Counted from the stretch's first letter, positions 29,225 to 39,406 are shown. The stretch is DNA of 64,000 nucleotides from an uncultured virus (IMG/VR IMGVR_UViG_3300009681_000519) (IMGVR_UViG_3300009681_000519), one strand, 5' to 3'. The notes: generated from the sequence alone by a model not told the origin. Program-made: numbers and translations.

Positions 29225-29689
29225 TCACAAGCCCTCCGCTGTCAATGCCTCGTCGACGACGGCACGCAACTGCTCGCGCTCCGCATCGTCGACCCGCGCC
29301 TCGTTCACCATCTGCATGACGACCTCGCGCACCGGTGCCGCCGACGCCGCCGGGGTCATCGCCGCCCGCGGCACGACCGCACCGCCCGCGACCCGCGGCA
29401 CGACCCGCACCGCCGCGGCACCCGCCGTCTCGAACGCACCCCGCACCGTCGCGATGAGCACGTCGGTCGCGTCGGCAGGCGGGATGAGCCGCACGATCGC
29501 GCCGCGCGCCACTTGCGCGTCGATTCCACCGCCGACCCACACCTCGGCCGACGGTTCGACCGTCACGACCAGTCGGGAGTCGACCGTCACCCCGACAACC
29601 CCGCCGACGGATGATCGATCATCCGTCACGGCCGCCGTCGATGCCGCCGCGGTCTGCGCCGCAGCTTCGCTTCGGAGCTTGCGCGTCAT
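29225..29689 (-). CDS. Protein resembling the C-terminal (capping/Rad50-binding) part of SbcD
   Basis: Lies between sbcD and sbcC; IVRL…GAAAVRVVP…REQLRAVVDEAL; GGAGG RBS. Confidence 0.55.
   Translation of the reverse strand: MTRKLRSEAAAQTAAASTAAVTDDRSSVGGVVGVTVDSRLVVTVEPSAEVWVGGGIDAQVARGAIVRLIPPADATDVLIATVRGAFETAGAAAVRVVPRVAGGAVVPRAAMTPAASAAPVREVVMQMVNEARVDDAEREQLRAVVDEALTAEGL
29607..29626. repeat. Dispersed 20-bp palindrome, copy 4 (intragenic)
   Basis: Exact copy; TDDRSSV. Confidence 0.95.
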
Positions 29690-29691
29690 CG

Positions 29692-30432
29692 TCACACCTC
29701 CACCACCAAGTAGCCGGGCGAGTTGTGCTCCTCGCCGAACGTGAGCCGCGCGAGCGACCCCGGAACGTGCACACCGTCGAACACCTGTCGCCGGTGGTAG
29801 TGCCCGTTGCACACGACCGCATCGGGCCACCGCTCGCGGATTGCCGCGACCGGGAGGAACACGTCACGGCCCCGTGGCATGTCGGTCGTCTCGCTGCCCG
29901 GCCCGATGCCCTCGATGTTCAAGTGGCCCACCACGAGGTCGATCGGGCGGATCACACCGCCGGGGTTCGGGTCGAGCGACCGCACGAACGTGAGCGGGTC
30001 GTAGGGGTGTGACCGGGGCGTGAACGGTAGCGCGAGGATCGCCTTGTTGCCGAACACCTCGACCTCCGGTTCGGTGTAGACCTTCACGCCCTGCTTCGCC
30101 CCGCGCGGCAATGCGACCCCGAACGCATGCACGGCCGACAACGACGACGACCCCGAGCCGTCCTCCACTACGTCGTGGTTGCCGACCAGCCATCGGGTCG
30201 CGATACCGGCGCAGAACCACAGGTGCGTCGCGACCCACATGGCGACCGATACCGCCTGATGGGCGCGCACCGCGTCGGGGTCGGTGAGGTCGCCGAGGAA
30301 CATGACCATCTCGGCCCCCTCGCGCTTCGCCGCGTCGACGATGACCTGCACTGCCGCGAACACGTCGGCGAACCGCGGCAACCCGCCGGTCGCCCAATCA
30401 AGATGCCAGTCCGATGTCACGATGATCTTCAC
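29692..30432 (-). CDS. sbcD: SbcD/Mre11-like metallophosphoesterase nuclease
   Basis: SDWH, GDLTD, GNHD, GHYH, PGS…FGE; AGGAGG RBS. Confidence 0.88.
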   Translation of the reverse strand: MKIIVTSDWHLDWATGGLPRFADVFAAVQVIVDAAKREGAEMVMFLGDLTDPDAVRAHQAVSVAMWVATHLWFCAGIATRWLVGNHDVVEDGSGSSSLSAVHAFGVALPRGAKQGVKVYTEPEVEVFGNKAILALPFTPRSHPYDPLTFVRSLDPNPGGVIRPIDLVVGHLNIEGIGPGSETTDMPRGRDVFLPVAAIRERWPDAVVCNGHYHRRQVFDGVHVPGSLARLTFGEEHNSPGYLVVEV

Positions 30433-30508
30433 GTTGCACCTCCTGATAGGCCGAAGCGGGCACCGGCCTCCTGCTCCGGTGCCCGCCCCGGTTGGGCCGT
30501 TGCCCGTA

Positions 30509-31711
30509 TCATTCCGCGGTCGGCTTGATGGGCGAGGAAAGGTCGACCTCATACTTCGCCCGCACGGCCGATTCGAGTTCGGCGCACAACGCCGGTTCGT
30601 CGTGCAGCTTGCGCACGGCCGCGTTGAGGCCGTTTCCGAGCCGCCGCTTGCCCCAACTGATCCACGACCCGGTGAGCGTCACAACCTCGTAGTCGAGCGC
30701 CGATTCGATGATGTCGCGCGGCCGGTCGAACCCCTCGGGTACGAGCACACCGTTGCTGGTGTGAAACGCCGCGCGGGGTCGCCGCTGGTCCTTGCCGCCG
30801 ACCTTCGTCTTGCGCACCTCGACCAAGTGTCGTTCGCCCGTGATGCGCGAGTCCTTGTCGCCCTCGCGCACCCATCCGGCCCGAACGATGCGAACCACAA
30901 GCGACGAGTCGTAGTACACCGCCCGACCACCGCCGACCTTGATGCCCTCGTCGAACATGCCCGCATCGGGGTCGTCAGTCTCGCGGGCGACCGCGACCAT
31001 CGCCGTGCCCGTCTGCGCGAGCATCGGCACGAGTTCGTCGAGCCACGCCGCGTTCAATGCCGCCTTGTGCTGCGCGGCACGACCGCCGAGCCCGTCGACG
31101 CCGCGTTGCCCCTTGCGCTTGCGCTTGTCGCCGCCGTCGGATTCTTCGGCCGCCGCTTCGGCGATGAGCCGCGCGAGCAACTTCTTCGGCACGAGCTTGC
31201 GCAGGCTGTCGACGACGATGAGGCCCGACGTGTCGGCGGGTAGGTGCCCCTTCGCCTTCGCGTCGCCGAGCACGTCGCAGAACTCGCGCACGGCGTCGAC
31301 CGTTTCCTCGTAGGTCCGCGGCCGCAACGCACGGAACCCCGGATGCGTCGCGAACTCGGCCATGAGCTTCTGAACCCACGTCTCCGGGGTCGTGTACTCG
31401 GCGTCGACGTAGTTGTAGAAGTGCCCGCGTTGCAGGAAGGACAACCCGAGCCCGTGAAGGAACACGGTCTTGCCCTCGCTCGACGGGCCGTGCACGAGCG
31501 CGAACCGTTCGATCGGCCACCCGCCCACGCGGGTCACGGCGTCGACCTGTGGAAAGATGGTCGGCACCGCCCGCACCCGCGTGAGGACTTCGGCCGCTGG
31601 TCGCCACGAGCTGAACCGTTCGGCGACCGCGGCCATCGCGTCGAGTTGTTCCCGGTTCGCCGCGAACGAATCGGCCGCGGTCGATGCCGGTTGCTTCACC
31701 CGTCGGGTCAT
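30509..31711 (-). CDS. recA: RecA/UvsX-like recombinase
   Basis: GGWP…GPSSEGKT, VDAE, IVVDS, GGGRAVYYDSS, KTKV. Confidence 0.9.
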   Translation of the reverse strand: MTRRVKQPASTAADSFAANREQLDAMAAVAERFSSWRPAAEVLTRVRAVPTIFPQVDAVTRVGGWPIERFALVHGPSSEGKTVFLHGLGLSFLQRGHFYNYVDAEYTTPETWVQKLMAEFATHPGFRALRPRTYEETVDAVREFCDVLGDAKAKGHLPADTSGLIVVDSLRKLVPKKLLARLIAEAAAEESDGGDKRKRKGQRGVDGLGGRAAQHKAALNAAWLDELVPMLAQTGTAMVAVARETDDPDAGMFDEGIKVGGGRAVYYDSSLVVRIVRAGWVREGDKDSRITGERHLVEVRKTKVGGKDQRRPRAAFHTSNGVLVPEGFDRPRDIIESALDYEVVTLTGSWISWGKRRLGNGLNAAVRKLHDEPALCAELESAVRAKYEVDLSSPIKPTAE

Positions 31712-33240
31712 CGGCTCCCCCACGGCAGCTTGTCATCGCTCGCCGCCTTCATTCCGATCGCCTTGCGCTGCGTCGGGGCAGCCGCGGGTGCGGGTGCGGG
31801 TGCGGCCGCGCCACCGGCGGAACGCGAACGCCTCGCCGGGGCGGGTGCCGCCGCGGGCGTCGGATTCACGGGCTGCCACGTCTCGGTGTCGTGAATCGTC
31901 GCGCACTTCGGGCAGATCGTGCGGTTCCCCTCACCGTTTGCCGGGGTCTGCACCCCGCAAGCCGCACACGGCCGCGTTTCGAGCCGCCCGTCTTCGCTGT
32001 AGGTGGACTTGCACTTCGGGCACTCCGCATCGGTCGCCCGAAGCTGGTCGAACCCGCAATGGTCACACGCGAACAGCTCCTCGTTCGCCGCGGGCGGTGC
32101 AGGGGGCGGTGCCTTCGGGGCGATCTTCGGCTTCGATGACACCTCGGGCGTGCGACCGGGCTTCGTCGCCGCCGGGGTCGTCGGTTCGTTCCATGATGGT
32201 GGGAAGTCATCCTCCTTCTTGTCGACCGCGGCACCCGGTTCGGCATTGCCGAAGCCGTCGGCGTCGTCGATGCCCGCACGCCGTTCGGCCTCGCCGAAGA
32301 TGTCGTCCCACGGCAGGTCGACGAGCGCGGCCTTTTCCATGTCGGCACGCAACGCCTTGATGTTGCCGGGCCGTGCGTGCGCGGCGAGATCGGGCGGTTC
32401 CTCGTCGACAATGAGCGCCCGAATCTCATCGGTCAGCGGCACCGACGACATCGGCACGACCCGATACCGCTTCTCGAACATCTCCTGCTCCCGGTACTCC
32501 CACAGGAACGGGTACGGGTTGCGCAGCGGGTTGCCCTTGAGCCGCCCGTCCTCGCCGCCGCCAAGCTCGTCGATCTTGTCGCGGATCGCCCGTTTCATCG
32601 CGTTGCCAAGGGCCTCGGCTTCGTCGGTCAACTGCACGCCGTTCTCGGGGTGGGCGTTGTCGACGACGACGAACGTGTACTGGCACCGGGCAATCGCGTT
32701 CTCGCGCCACGCCTCCGACGCCTTGATGCCCGCCCGGCGCATCTCGCCCTTCTGCGCCGGGGTCAAGTCCTTCGCCGCGAAGGCGTTGTAGAGGCCACCG
32801 GCCGTGATGATGTACTCGTGCTCGTCGTTGTCGCCCGTGAACTTGAACACCGGCTCGACCCACGACAGCTCGCCGGTCGCGACCGCCGACCGGATGATCT
32901 CGATCGTCTTGCACAGCGGGCACACCTCGGGCGGGTACTCGCGCACGTCGTTCTCGTCACGGAACCGCTGCTTGCGCAGGATGAGTTCGCGCTCGTGGCA
33001 CACCCACTGCCCGCCCCACACCTCCCGGCGGGTGTCGCCGGTGTCCTTGTCCTGCCGCACGACGATGCGCGGCCAGTTGTGCACCCACCGGGCAACGAAC
33101 CCCGCCTGGGTGTGCAGCCAGACCGTTATCTTCGGCGGGTCCTTCTTGCGCCAGTTGCCGAGGAAGTTCGAGCGCCCGCCACCGCCCGTGCTGTGGTCGA
33201 GGAACTCGTCGATGCTCATGCCTACCTTCGATGCTGCCAT
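31708..33240 (-). CDS. Putative ssDNA-binding protein (gp32-like) with C-terminal zinc ribbons
   Basis: WVHNW…CPLC, position beside RecA, four C-terminal CxxC motifs, DDKLPW tail. Confidence 0.55.
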   Translation of the reverse strand: MAASKVGMSIDEFLDHSTGGGGRSNFLGNWRKKDPPKITVWLHTQAGFVARWVHNWPRIVVRQDKDTGDTRREVWGGQWVCHERELILRKQRFRDENDVREYPPEVCPLCKTIEIIRSAVATGELSWVEPVFKFTGDNDEHEYIITAGGLYNAFAAKDLTPAQKGEMRRAGIKASEAWRENAIARCQYTFVVVDNAHPENGVQLTDEAEALGNAMKRAIRDKIDELGGGEDGRLKGNPLRNPYPFLWEYREQEMFEKRYRVVPMSSVPLTDEIRALIVDEEPPDLAAHARPGNIKALRADMEKAALVDLPWDDIFGEAERRAGIDDADGFGNAEPGAAVDKKEDDFPPSWNEPTTPAATKPGRTPEVSSKPKIAPKAPPPAPPAANEELFACDHCGFDQLRATDAECPKCKSTYSEDGRLETRPCAACGVQTPANGEGNRTICPKCATIHDTETWQPVNPTPAAAPAPARRSRSAGGAAAPAPAPAAAPTQRKAIGMKAASDDKLPWGSR

Positions 33241-33279
33241 GTTCGTTCGTCCTTTCGTCGTGTCATGTCGTCGGTGAAT

Positions 33280-33301
33280 CCCGGCCCGACCGCGGGCCGG
33301 G
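33280..33301 (-). terminator. GC hairpin after the 33305 gene (possible terminator or processing site)
   Basis: CCCGGCCCG-ACCG-CGGGCCGGG, 9-bp stem; weak U tract. Confidence 0.35.
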
Positions 33302-33304
33302 TCG

Positions 33305-34627
33305 TCAACGCCTCATCGTTTCGAGCATCGCCCGCACGTCGCGGGCACGCTCCTTCCACAGGTCAGCGAGCCGTTCGAGGTGCGACACCATGCGGCGGGC
33401 CTTCGCCCGGCGTTCTTCGAGGGTGCGCCACTCGTCGGGGAACAGGGCCGCGATGCGCGATTCGACATCGGCGTCAGTGATCTGCTTCTTGCGTTCGCCG
33501 CGTTCCTTCTCGGCTTCGAGCGCCTGGGTCGCCTGCGTCCGCATGTCGACCGCGAGCACGATCGCGTCGGCCTCGAACCGGTCGGCCGCGACCTTCGCCG
33601 CGATGAACACCCGATGCGCTTCGCGGGCGTTGTCCTCGCACTTGTCGAGCGCATCGACGATCGTTGCGTAGTCGGCACGATGCGCCGGGCCGGGCAGCTT
33701 GATGTCGCGTTCGAGCTGTTCGTAGGACGCCCACGGGTCGACCGCGAACACCCGTTCGACGATCCGATCGTACCCCGGCCCGAGCACGAGTTCGTCGATG
33801 CTCGCCGCCACCTTCTCGCGCCGCTGCTGGTGCGGCGTCGGCGGTTCGGAATCGGCCTCGGGGAACCGGTCAACGACCACCGGGGTCGACACGGGAGGCG
33901 GTTCCGGGGCCGGGGCGGGTGCCGCGGTCATCGGTTCCGGGGCCGGTGCCGCGGTGGCAGGGGCGGGTGCCAAGGGCAACTCGGTTGTGTCGCTCCGTCG
34001 TGCCGCCGACCGCGACCGCTTCGGTGCCGGTGCCGGGGTCGCCACGGGTTCCGGGGCCGGTGTCGCGGCCGGAGTCGCAGGGGGCGGTTCCGGGGCCGCC
34101 ACGCTCGCGACGATGCCCGCCGTCGGCAACGTCGGCGTCCACGACGGGTTCGCTGCAAGTGCGTTCTCCGTGCACGTCGCACACCGGGCCGCGTCGCGCG
34201 TTCCGAGGTGCTTGTAGCACTCGTTGCAGACCGACATAGCCTTCGGCTTCCACGGATGAACGGGCGGGGTCGGTGCCGCAGCCGCGGGGGGCGGTGCGAC
34301 TGGTGCCGGGGCCGCGGGCTTCGCAAGGTCGGCAAGCGTCATGTGAGGCTTACCCGCCTTCGCGTCTTCGACCGACCTGAAGCAATGCCCGTTCGGGCAC
34401 GTCACACCGCCGGGCACGTACCACTGAGCGAGGCGGCACACCGGGCAAGTCGTGCCCGTGTAGCCCTTCATCGGAAGCGGGGCCGCTGCCGCGGGGGGCG
34501 GTGTTGCCGCCGGTGCAACCGGTGCCGCCGGGGTCGGGGCCGCCGGTGGCGGCAAGAGGTCATCGCCCATCGGAACCGCCGACTGCTTGATGGTACCATC
34601 GCCCTGAAACTCAGCCTTGCGTCGCAT
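33305..34627 (-). CDS. Pro/Ala-rich protein with zinc fingers and a coiled-coil C-terminus (possible UvsY-like mediator)
   Basis: CPVC, CNEC…CATC; C-terminal ITDADVESRI helix; lies between polB and SSB/RecA. Confidence 0.5.
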   Translation of the reverse strand: MRRKAEFQGDGTIKQSAVPMGDDLLPPPAAPTPAAPVAPAATPPPAAAAPLPMKGYTGTTCPVCRLAQWYVPGGVTCPNGHCFRSVEDAKAGKPHMTLADLAKPAAPAPVAPPPAAAAPTPPVHPWKPKAMSVCNECYKHLGTRDAARCATCTENALAANPSWTPTLPTAGIVASVAAPEPPPATPAATPAPEPVATPAPAPKRSRSAARRSDTTELPLAPAPATAAPAPEPMTAAPAPAPEPPPVSTPVVVDRFPEADSEPPTPHQQRREKVAASIDELVLGPGYDRIVERVFAVDPWASYEQLERDIKLPGPAHRADYATIVDALDKCEDNAREAHRVFIAAKVAADRFEADAIVLAVDMRTQATQALEAEKERGERKKQITDADVESRIAALFPDEWRTLEERRAKARRMVSHLERLADLWKERARDVRAMLETMRR

Positions 34628-34726
34628 CGTTTACCTCGTCGTCTGCCGGGATGTCATCGGCAGGCGCATCATGCCGCGAAACGTCGAACAGCAACTCGAC
34701 TTGCGCCGTCACTTGGGCAACGACAA

Positions 34727-37075
34727 CTAAGCCTTCGGTGCCCGCACCTTCGGGGGGCGTGCGCGCTCCCATTGCCGCCAGTCCGTCGTCGGATATGCCG
34801 CCGCGAGCAACCGTTCGGTCGGCGGATAGACCATCGTTTCCCACACGTAGAACCGGTCGACGTTGCCGGTCCAATCGGAGGCCGGGGCGACGGTCATCTC
34901 CTCGCCGTCGACGACGTAGTACTCGATCTTGACGCCCTCGCCGACATCTTGCCCGCGGGCCTTGAGCAGCCGTGCCACCCGAACGTGCGGCGGTTCGGCC
35001 GCGAAGCTGCCGTCCTTCTTGACCCGCCGCGCGTACTCCGTCAGCGGCTTCGCGAGCCGTTTCGAGATAAGCACGTCGGGCAGTTCGAGCGACCCGTCGA
35101 GCACCCGCGACCGCCATGCTTCGATGACCGGCACGAACGTCGCCGGGTCGGGCGGGTCGGTGCCCGCCATGAGCCGAGCGATGACCTCCCCCTGTAGCTC
35201 GCGCGTGAGCCGCGACACGTCGCCGCGCTTCCACTCCAACCCCTTGACCTCGGGCTTGCTGTCGGCCGATGCCGCCGTGCCCTTGAAGTGGCTATAGCGC
35301 CCGACGTATCGCTTCGCGGTCACCATGACGATGCGGTCGAACCCCTTTTCGTAGGCAAGCTCGACCTCGTTGCGCGCACACCCGCGTTCCTTGAGCAGCC
35401 GCGGGTACAATTCCGCGTTGCACCACCGCACGAACTCGACGAACTGCTCGCGGGTGCACCCCGTCGCGAACAGCGAGTCGGTGTCACCGTAGAACACGTT
35501 GATGCCGCGGCCCTTCGCCGCCTCGATCGTCTCCTTGATGAGCCACACCCCGCACTGGGCCACGGATTCGGCGACCTCGCGCACGTAGAACCGGCTGAAA
35601 GGCGACCCGACAACCCCGTAGAACGAGTTGGCGGCAATCTTGTAGGCCGACGACCGCCGGTCGGCGTCCTTCCACTCGGCCGTGCCGGGCGGGAGCGAGG
35701 CCTTCAGCTTGTTCCAGTGCGACCGCAGCCGCAACATCTCATCGAGGGCTTCGCTGAGGATGCCGCGCGGTTCGTTCACGAACACGCAGTCGGTCAACGC
35801 CGCCCCGCAATGCCCGTCGGGTATCGGAAACGTCTTGAGCGGTAGGTGCGACAGGTACGCCGGGCGGATGTCCGATTCCTTCAACCGCACGTCGGGCCGG
35901 TACGTCTCGGGGCTCATGTTCCACGACAGGATGATCGAAGGGTACAGCCGCGCGAAGTCGGCAACGTGAGCGTCGCGCACGAAGCCGCGCGAGGTCGGCT
36001 CCATGACGAACGCCCCCTCGAACCCGTGCACGCCGGTGAACCCGAACCGGGTCGCGAAGTGCATGCCCCGTTGATGCCCGAGCCGCATGAGGAACGTCTC
36101 GACCTGACCCATCGGCTGCACCCCGAACGTGTCGGGGAAGGTGTGGGTCGCCTCGCACAGCGTCTGGAGCAGTTCGATGTACCCCGTGCGGGCCTCGATC
36201 TGCCGCATCAGGTCGGCGTCAACCGCGCAGTAGTCGAGCAACCGCCCGCGGTTCGTCGACCACAGCTCCCACGATTGCTCACCGGTCACGCCGTCGAGCT
36301 TGCCCGTTCCGAGCACCGCCCGCGCAACGGCATCGAGCGTCATCGACTGCTTCTCCTCGCCCGATTCGGCCGCCGACACGTTCATGCGGCGGAACAAGAG
36401 CAGATGGTCGAGCCACAGCCATCGCCGCGGCTCCCCCTTCAGCCCGCACCGTTCCGACCGGGCGAGGATGATCGGGTAGTCGAACCGGTCGCCGTTCCAC
36501 GCAAGCACTTGGTCGTACCGGCGCAACGCCCGCCACAACGCGAGGAGCAGGTCGCGTTCGGCCGCATCATCATCGGATTCGAGCACCCCGGCCTGCACGT
36601 CGCTACCGTCGCCCTCGCCGACGATCACCCACGCAAGGATGCGCGCCTGCGACTTCTTCGAGAACGGCACCCGGCTGTCGGTCTCGATGTCGAGGTAGCA
36701 CCGCCGGGGCCGGTCGACCTCGATGCCGTTCTCGACGACCCACCGACGCACCGGCGACACGTCGGCCTCGAACGTCGGCACCTTGTACTGCTCCTCGATG
36801 AACCGCGCGGCCCGAACGTGCACCGGGGAATGGTTCGGGTCGGGGCGTTCGTATCGCCACCGCACCCGCACCCACTCCCCCTCGTCGACGATGCCCGTGC
36901 AGTACCGGCTGTCTCGGAACTGCCGCACGATGTCGGGCTTCGCACGCACGTCGGCCGCACGCACGAAGAACGAGTGGTCGGCACGCATCTCGCGCAACGA
37001 CACGCCGTCGCCGTCGTGTTGCACCGCCGTCAACGTGTTGCCTCGCCAGTAGGCGTTCACGAACCGCTCGCCCAT
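34727..37075 (-). CDS. polB: Family B DNA polymerase
   Basis: DIET (ExoI), WNGDRFD (ExoII), YCAVD (ExoIII), DFARLYPSII, KIAANSFYG, YGDTDS, KRY, KGLE. Confidence 0.96.
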   Translation of the reverse strand: MGERFVNAYWRGNTLTAVQHDGDGVSLREMRADHSFFVRAADVRAKPDIVRQFRDSRYCTGIVDEGEWVRVRWRYERPDPNHSPVHVRAARFIEEQYKVPTFEADVSPVRRWVVENGIEVDRPRRCYLDIETDSRVPFSKKSQARILAWVIVGEGDGSDVQAGVLESDDDAAERDLLLALWRALRRYDQVLAWNGDRFDYPIILARSERCGLKGEPRRWLWLDHLLLFRRMNVSAAESGEEKQSMTLDAVARAVLGTGKLDGVTGEQSWELWSTNRGRLLDYCAVDADLMRQIEARTGYIELLQTLCEATHTFPDTFGVQPMGQVETFLMRLGHQRGMHFATRFGFTGVHGFEGAFVMEPTSRGFVRDAHVADFARLYPSIILSWNMSPETYRPDVRLKESDIRPAYLSHLPLKTFPIPDGHCGAALTDCVFVNEPRGILSEALDEMLRLRSHWNKLKASLPPGTAEWKDADRRSSAYKIAANSFYGVVGSPFSRFYVREVAESVAQCGVWLIKETIEAAKGRGINVFYGDTDSLFATGCTREQFVEFVRWCNAELYPRLLKERGCARNEVELAYEKGFDRIVMVTAKRYVGRYSHFKGTAASADSKPEVKGLEWKRGDVSRLTRELQGEVIARLMAGTDPPDPATFVPVIEAWRSRVLDGSLELPDVLISKRLAKPLTEYARRVKKDGSFAAEPPHVRVARLLKARGQDVGEGVKIEYYVVDGEEMTVAPASDWTGNVDRFYVWETMVYPPTERLLAAAYPTTDWRQWERARPPKVRAPKA

Positions 37076-37082
37076 TGTCCCC

Positions 37083-38474
37083 TCACTTCTTCGCCTTGGT
37101 TGCCTCGGTGGTGGGCCGACGGCACTCGACGATGGCGAGCAACCGGCCCTCAGAATCGGTCGTCACAGCGAACCGCATCACGACCCCGTTGAGGGCGACA
37201 ATCTCGCCCCACGGGTCGTCAGCGAGCCGCTTCGCACGCTTCGCCTCACCGGCCTTGTTCGCCGCGGGTCGGGCGAACAGCGGCATCTTCAGGCGCTTCG
37301 TCTCGAACGTCGCCGTGATGATCTCACCGGCCGACTCGCGGGCCTTGATAGACGCGGCGTTCGTCGCCTTCGAGGTGTCCTTCTTGCCCTGCCCCTTCTG
37401 CGGCGGGGTGCCCTCGGCGAGCAACCGCACCCGTTCGGCCACGTCGGAGTAGGGCACCCCGTTGCGCACCTCGGCGAGCAGCTTCTCGCGCGTCGACGGG
37501 TCGAGCCGCAGCATCAACCCGAGCTTCGCGACCCCGATGCGGGCAACGTCGGAGGCCGAGAATGTCGCCGCGACGTTCATCAGCTTGTAGGCGTAGGACG
37601 CCGCCATGCCGAGTTCCGCCTCGCAGAACTGCACGAACCCGCGGTAGACCGGCTGGTCCTTGTCGTCGCGCCGCTGCTTCCACAGGTCGTCGGCGAAGCA
37701 CCGCAACACGGCCTGACCGAGCCGCCAGTAGCACACGACCGCGAGGCGCTTCGCTTCGTGCACCGCCGACACCGCCTCGTCGATGGTGATGTCGGGCTTC
37801 GCGATCTGCCGGGCCTGCACTTCCACGAGGTCGTACACCGTGCGGCCGTCAACCGTCGTCGTCGCCCCGTTCGGCACGAGTTCGGTCGCCGGTGCAACGA
37901 CAACGGGAGGAGCCGCGGGGGGCAGTTCCGGGGCCGGGGCCGGTTCCGGGGCCGGGGCTGCGTTCGTTGCCGCGGCCAAAGCGGCGGCCTTTGCTGCTGC
38001 CGCCTGCGTCTTCGACTTGCCCGCCTTCGGCTTCGGGGCCGGGGCCGCGGCCGTCGCTTCCGGGGCCGGAATCGCCGGGCCTGCCGCACCGTTGCCCTTC
38101 GTCTTCGGGGCGGGTGCCGGGGCCGGGGTCGCCTCCGACCGCTTCTTCGGGGTCGCCGGGGCGGGTGCCGGGGCGGGTGCCGCCGCGGGCGTCGGCTTCG
38201 GGGCCGGGGTCGGGCCGTCGAACCCACCCACCCCGCAGTAAGGGCACACCTCGTCGTCGACGCACGAATCGCCGTGGCAGTTGTCGCAGTCGGCAATCTT
38301 GTTCTTCGGCACGGTCGCACGGATCTTGGCGGCGAGCGCCGTCACCCGTTCGGCCGTCGTCTTGCCGGTCACGTCGACCCCGTAGCGCCCGCAGTAGTCC
38401 GCGAGCACCGCCTCGTCGACGCATGAAAGGTCGACCCCCTGTTGCTTCGTTGTGGTTCCCGTTGTCGTCGTCAT
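37083..38474 (-). CDS. Hypothetical DNA-binding protein (Zn finger, Pro/Ala linker, HTH-like domain)
   Basis: CDNC…CPYC; FVQFCEAELGMAASYAYKLM; AAGGAG RBS. Confidence 0.6.
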   Translation of the reverse strand: MTTTTGTTTKQQGVDLSCVDEAVLADYCGRYGVDVTGKTTAERVTALAAKIRATVPKNKIADCDNCHGDSCVDDEVCPYCGVGGFDGPTPAPKPTPAAAPAPAPAPATPKKRSEATPAPAPAPKTKGNGAAGPAIPAPEATAAAPAPKPKAGKSKTQAAAAKAAALAAATNAAPAPEPAPAPELPPAAPPVVVAPATELVPNGATTTVDGRTVYDLVEVQARQIAKPDITIDEAVSAVHEAKRLAVVCYWRLGQAVLRCFADDLWKQRRDDKDQPVYRGFVQFCEAELGMAASYAYKLMNVAATFSASDVARIGVAKLGLMLRLDPSTREKLLAEVRNGVPYSDVAERVRLLAEGTPPQKGQGKKDTSKATNAASIKARESAGEIITATFETKRLKMPLFARPAANKAGEAKRAKRLADDPWGEIVALNGVVMRFAVTTDSEGRLLAIVECRRPTTEATKAKK

Positions 38475-38494
38475 GTCCTGCTCCTTGTCGTCAA

Positions 38495-39169
38495 TCATTC
38501 CGCAACCTCGTCGGTCAGCATCGAAACAACCCGCGTTGCCGTGCGGGTGACTGCCCGCCGTGCGTCGCGTTCATCCTTGAGCCGCAGCGTCGCCCGCGCG
38601 GTCGGGTTCGAGTACAACGCCCCGGCTGCCGACGCCACGTCGCCGCCGGTCGTAAGCAGTGCTTGCAGGCACACGTTGTCGGTCGGCGGAATCGACGCAA
38701 GCACCCGCCCGAACAGCTCGATGCCCGCGACCGTGAACTCCTGCTCGGCCTCGGTTCGGCCGGTCACGGATGATCGATCATCCGTCGGCTCGATACCGAG
38801 GGCTGTTGCTGTCACTTCGTGCCGACTCGGGGCGTGGTCGTCACGCCGCAACGCCGCCCGCTGGCCGTGCAACCACTTCTTCGCCGACGTGATGGCGGTC
38901 CACAGCACGAACGAACGCAACGACACGCCGCGGGTGTCATCCCACGCCGCGACCGCGCGCCACGCCGCGAGCAACATCTCCTGCCGCACGTCGTCGACAT
39001 CGACCGCCGACGGCACTTGCCACCGCCCGCGTAGGTAGGACGCAAGCCGCGTCCAGTCACCGGCCGTCGACCGGACGAACTGGTCGAACGTCATCTTGCC
39101 GGTGCGCAGGCCGTCCAGTTCGGATTCGAGCGGCGTCGGCCGGGCGTTCGGGTACTTCAACCGGCGCAT
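38495..39169 (-). CDS. Phage-encoded sigma70-family (region 2) factor
   Basis: DVDDVRQEMLLAAWRAVAAWDDTRGVSLRSFVLWTAITSAKKWL matches sigma region 2; GGAAGGGGG RBS. Confidence 0.8.
   Translation of the reverse strand: MRRLKYPNARPTPLESELDGLRTGKMTFDQFVRSTAGDWTRLASYLRGRWQVPSAVDVDDVRQEMLLAAWRAVAAWDDTRGVSLRSFVLWTAITSAKKWLHGQRAALRRDDHAPSRHEVTATALGIEPTDDRSSVTGRTEAEQEFTVAGIELFGRVLASIPPTDNVCLQALLTTGGDVASAAGALYSNPTARATLRLKDERDARRAVTRTATRVVSMLTDEVAE
38766..38785. repeat. Dispersed 20-bp palindrome, copy 5 (in the sigma factor gene)
   Basis: Exact copy; TDDRSSV. Confidence 0.95.
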
Positions 39170-39384
39170 GGCGAGCCCCCCTTCCGTGCCGCGTCGCGGG
39201 CGAGCAGCGCGTCGAGCTTGTCGGCACCACGCAGCATCGCATCGCGCACCGGGGCGTTCGCCTTGAGGTAGGAACCGACCCGCAGCAGCACCACCGCGGT
39301 CGTGAGTCGGGCGACCTCCTCCTCGGTCAACGGTTCGTCGTGTTCGTTCATCGTCGAGTTCTCCTGTTCGTCGTGTTCGTTCAT
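39157..39384 (-). CDS. Small hypothetical protein with duplicated N-terminus/RBS
   Basis: MNEHDEQENSTMNEHDEPL…; AGGAG RBS duplicated. Confidence 0.55.
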   Translation of the reverse strand: MNEHDEQENSTMNEHDEPLTEEEVARLTTAVVLLRVGSYLKANAPVRDAMLRGADKLDALLARDAARKGGSPCAG

Positions 39385-39406
39385 CGTCGAGTTCTCCTGT
39401 TCGTCG
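39333..39406. repeat. 33-bp tandem duplication (2.2 copies) containing RBS and start codon
   Basis: gttcgtcgtgttcgttcatcgtcgagttctcct x2 + gttcgtcg. Confidence 0.9.

Noticed and set aside
33780..38220. Pro/Ala-rich low-complexity repeats (ccggggccgg etc.) as DNA elements
   Set aside because: Explained by PAPA linkers in the encoded proteins; the copies are degenerate at synonymous sites.
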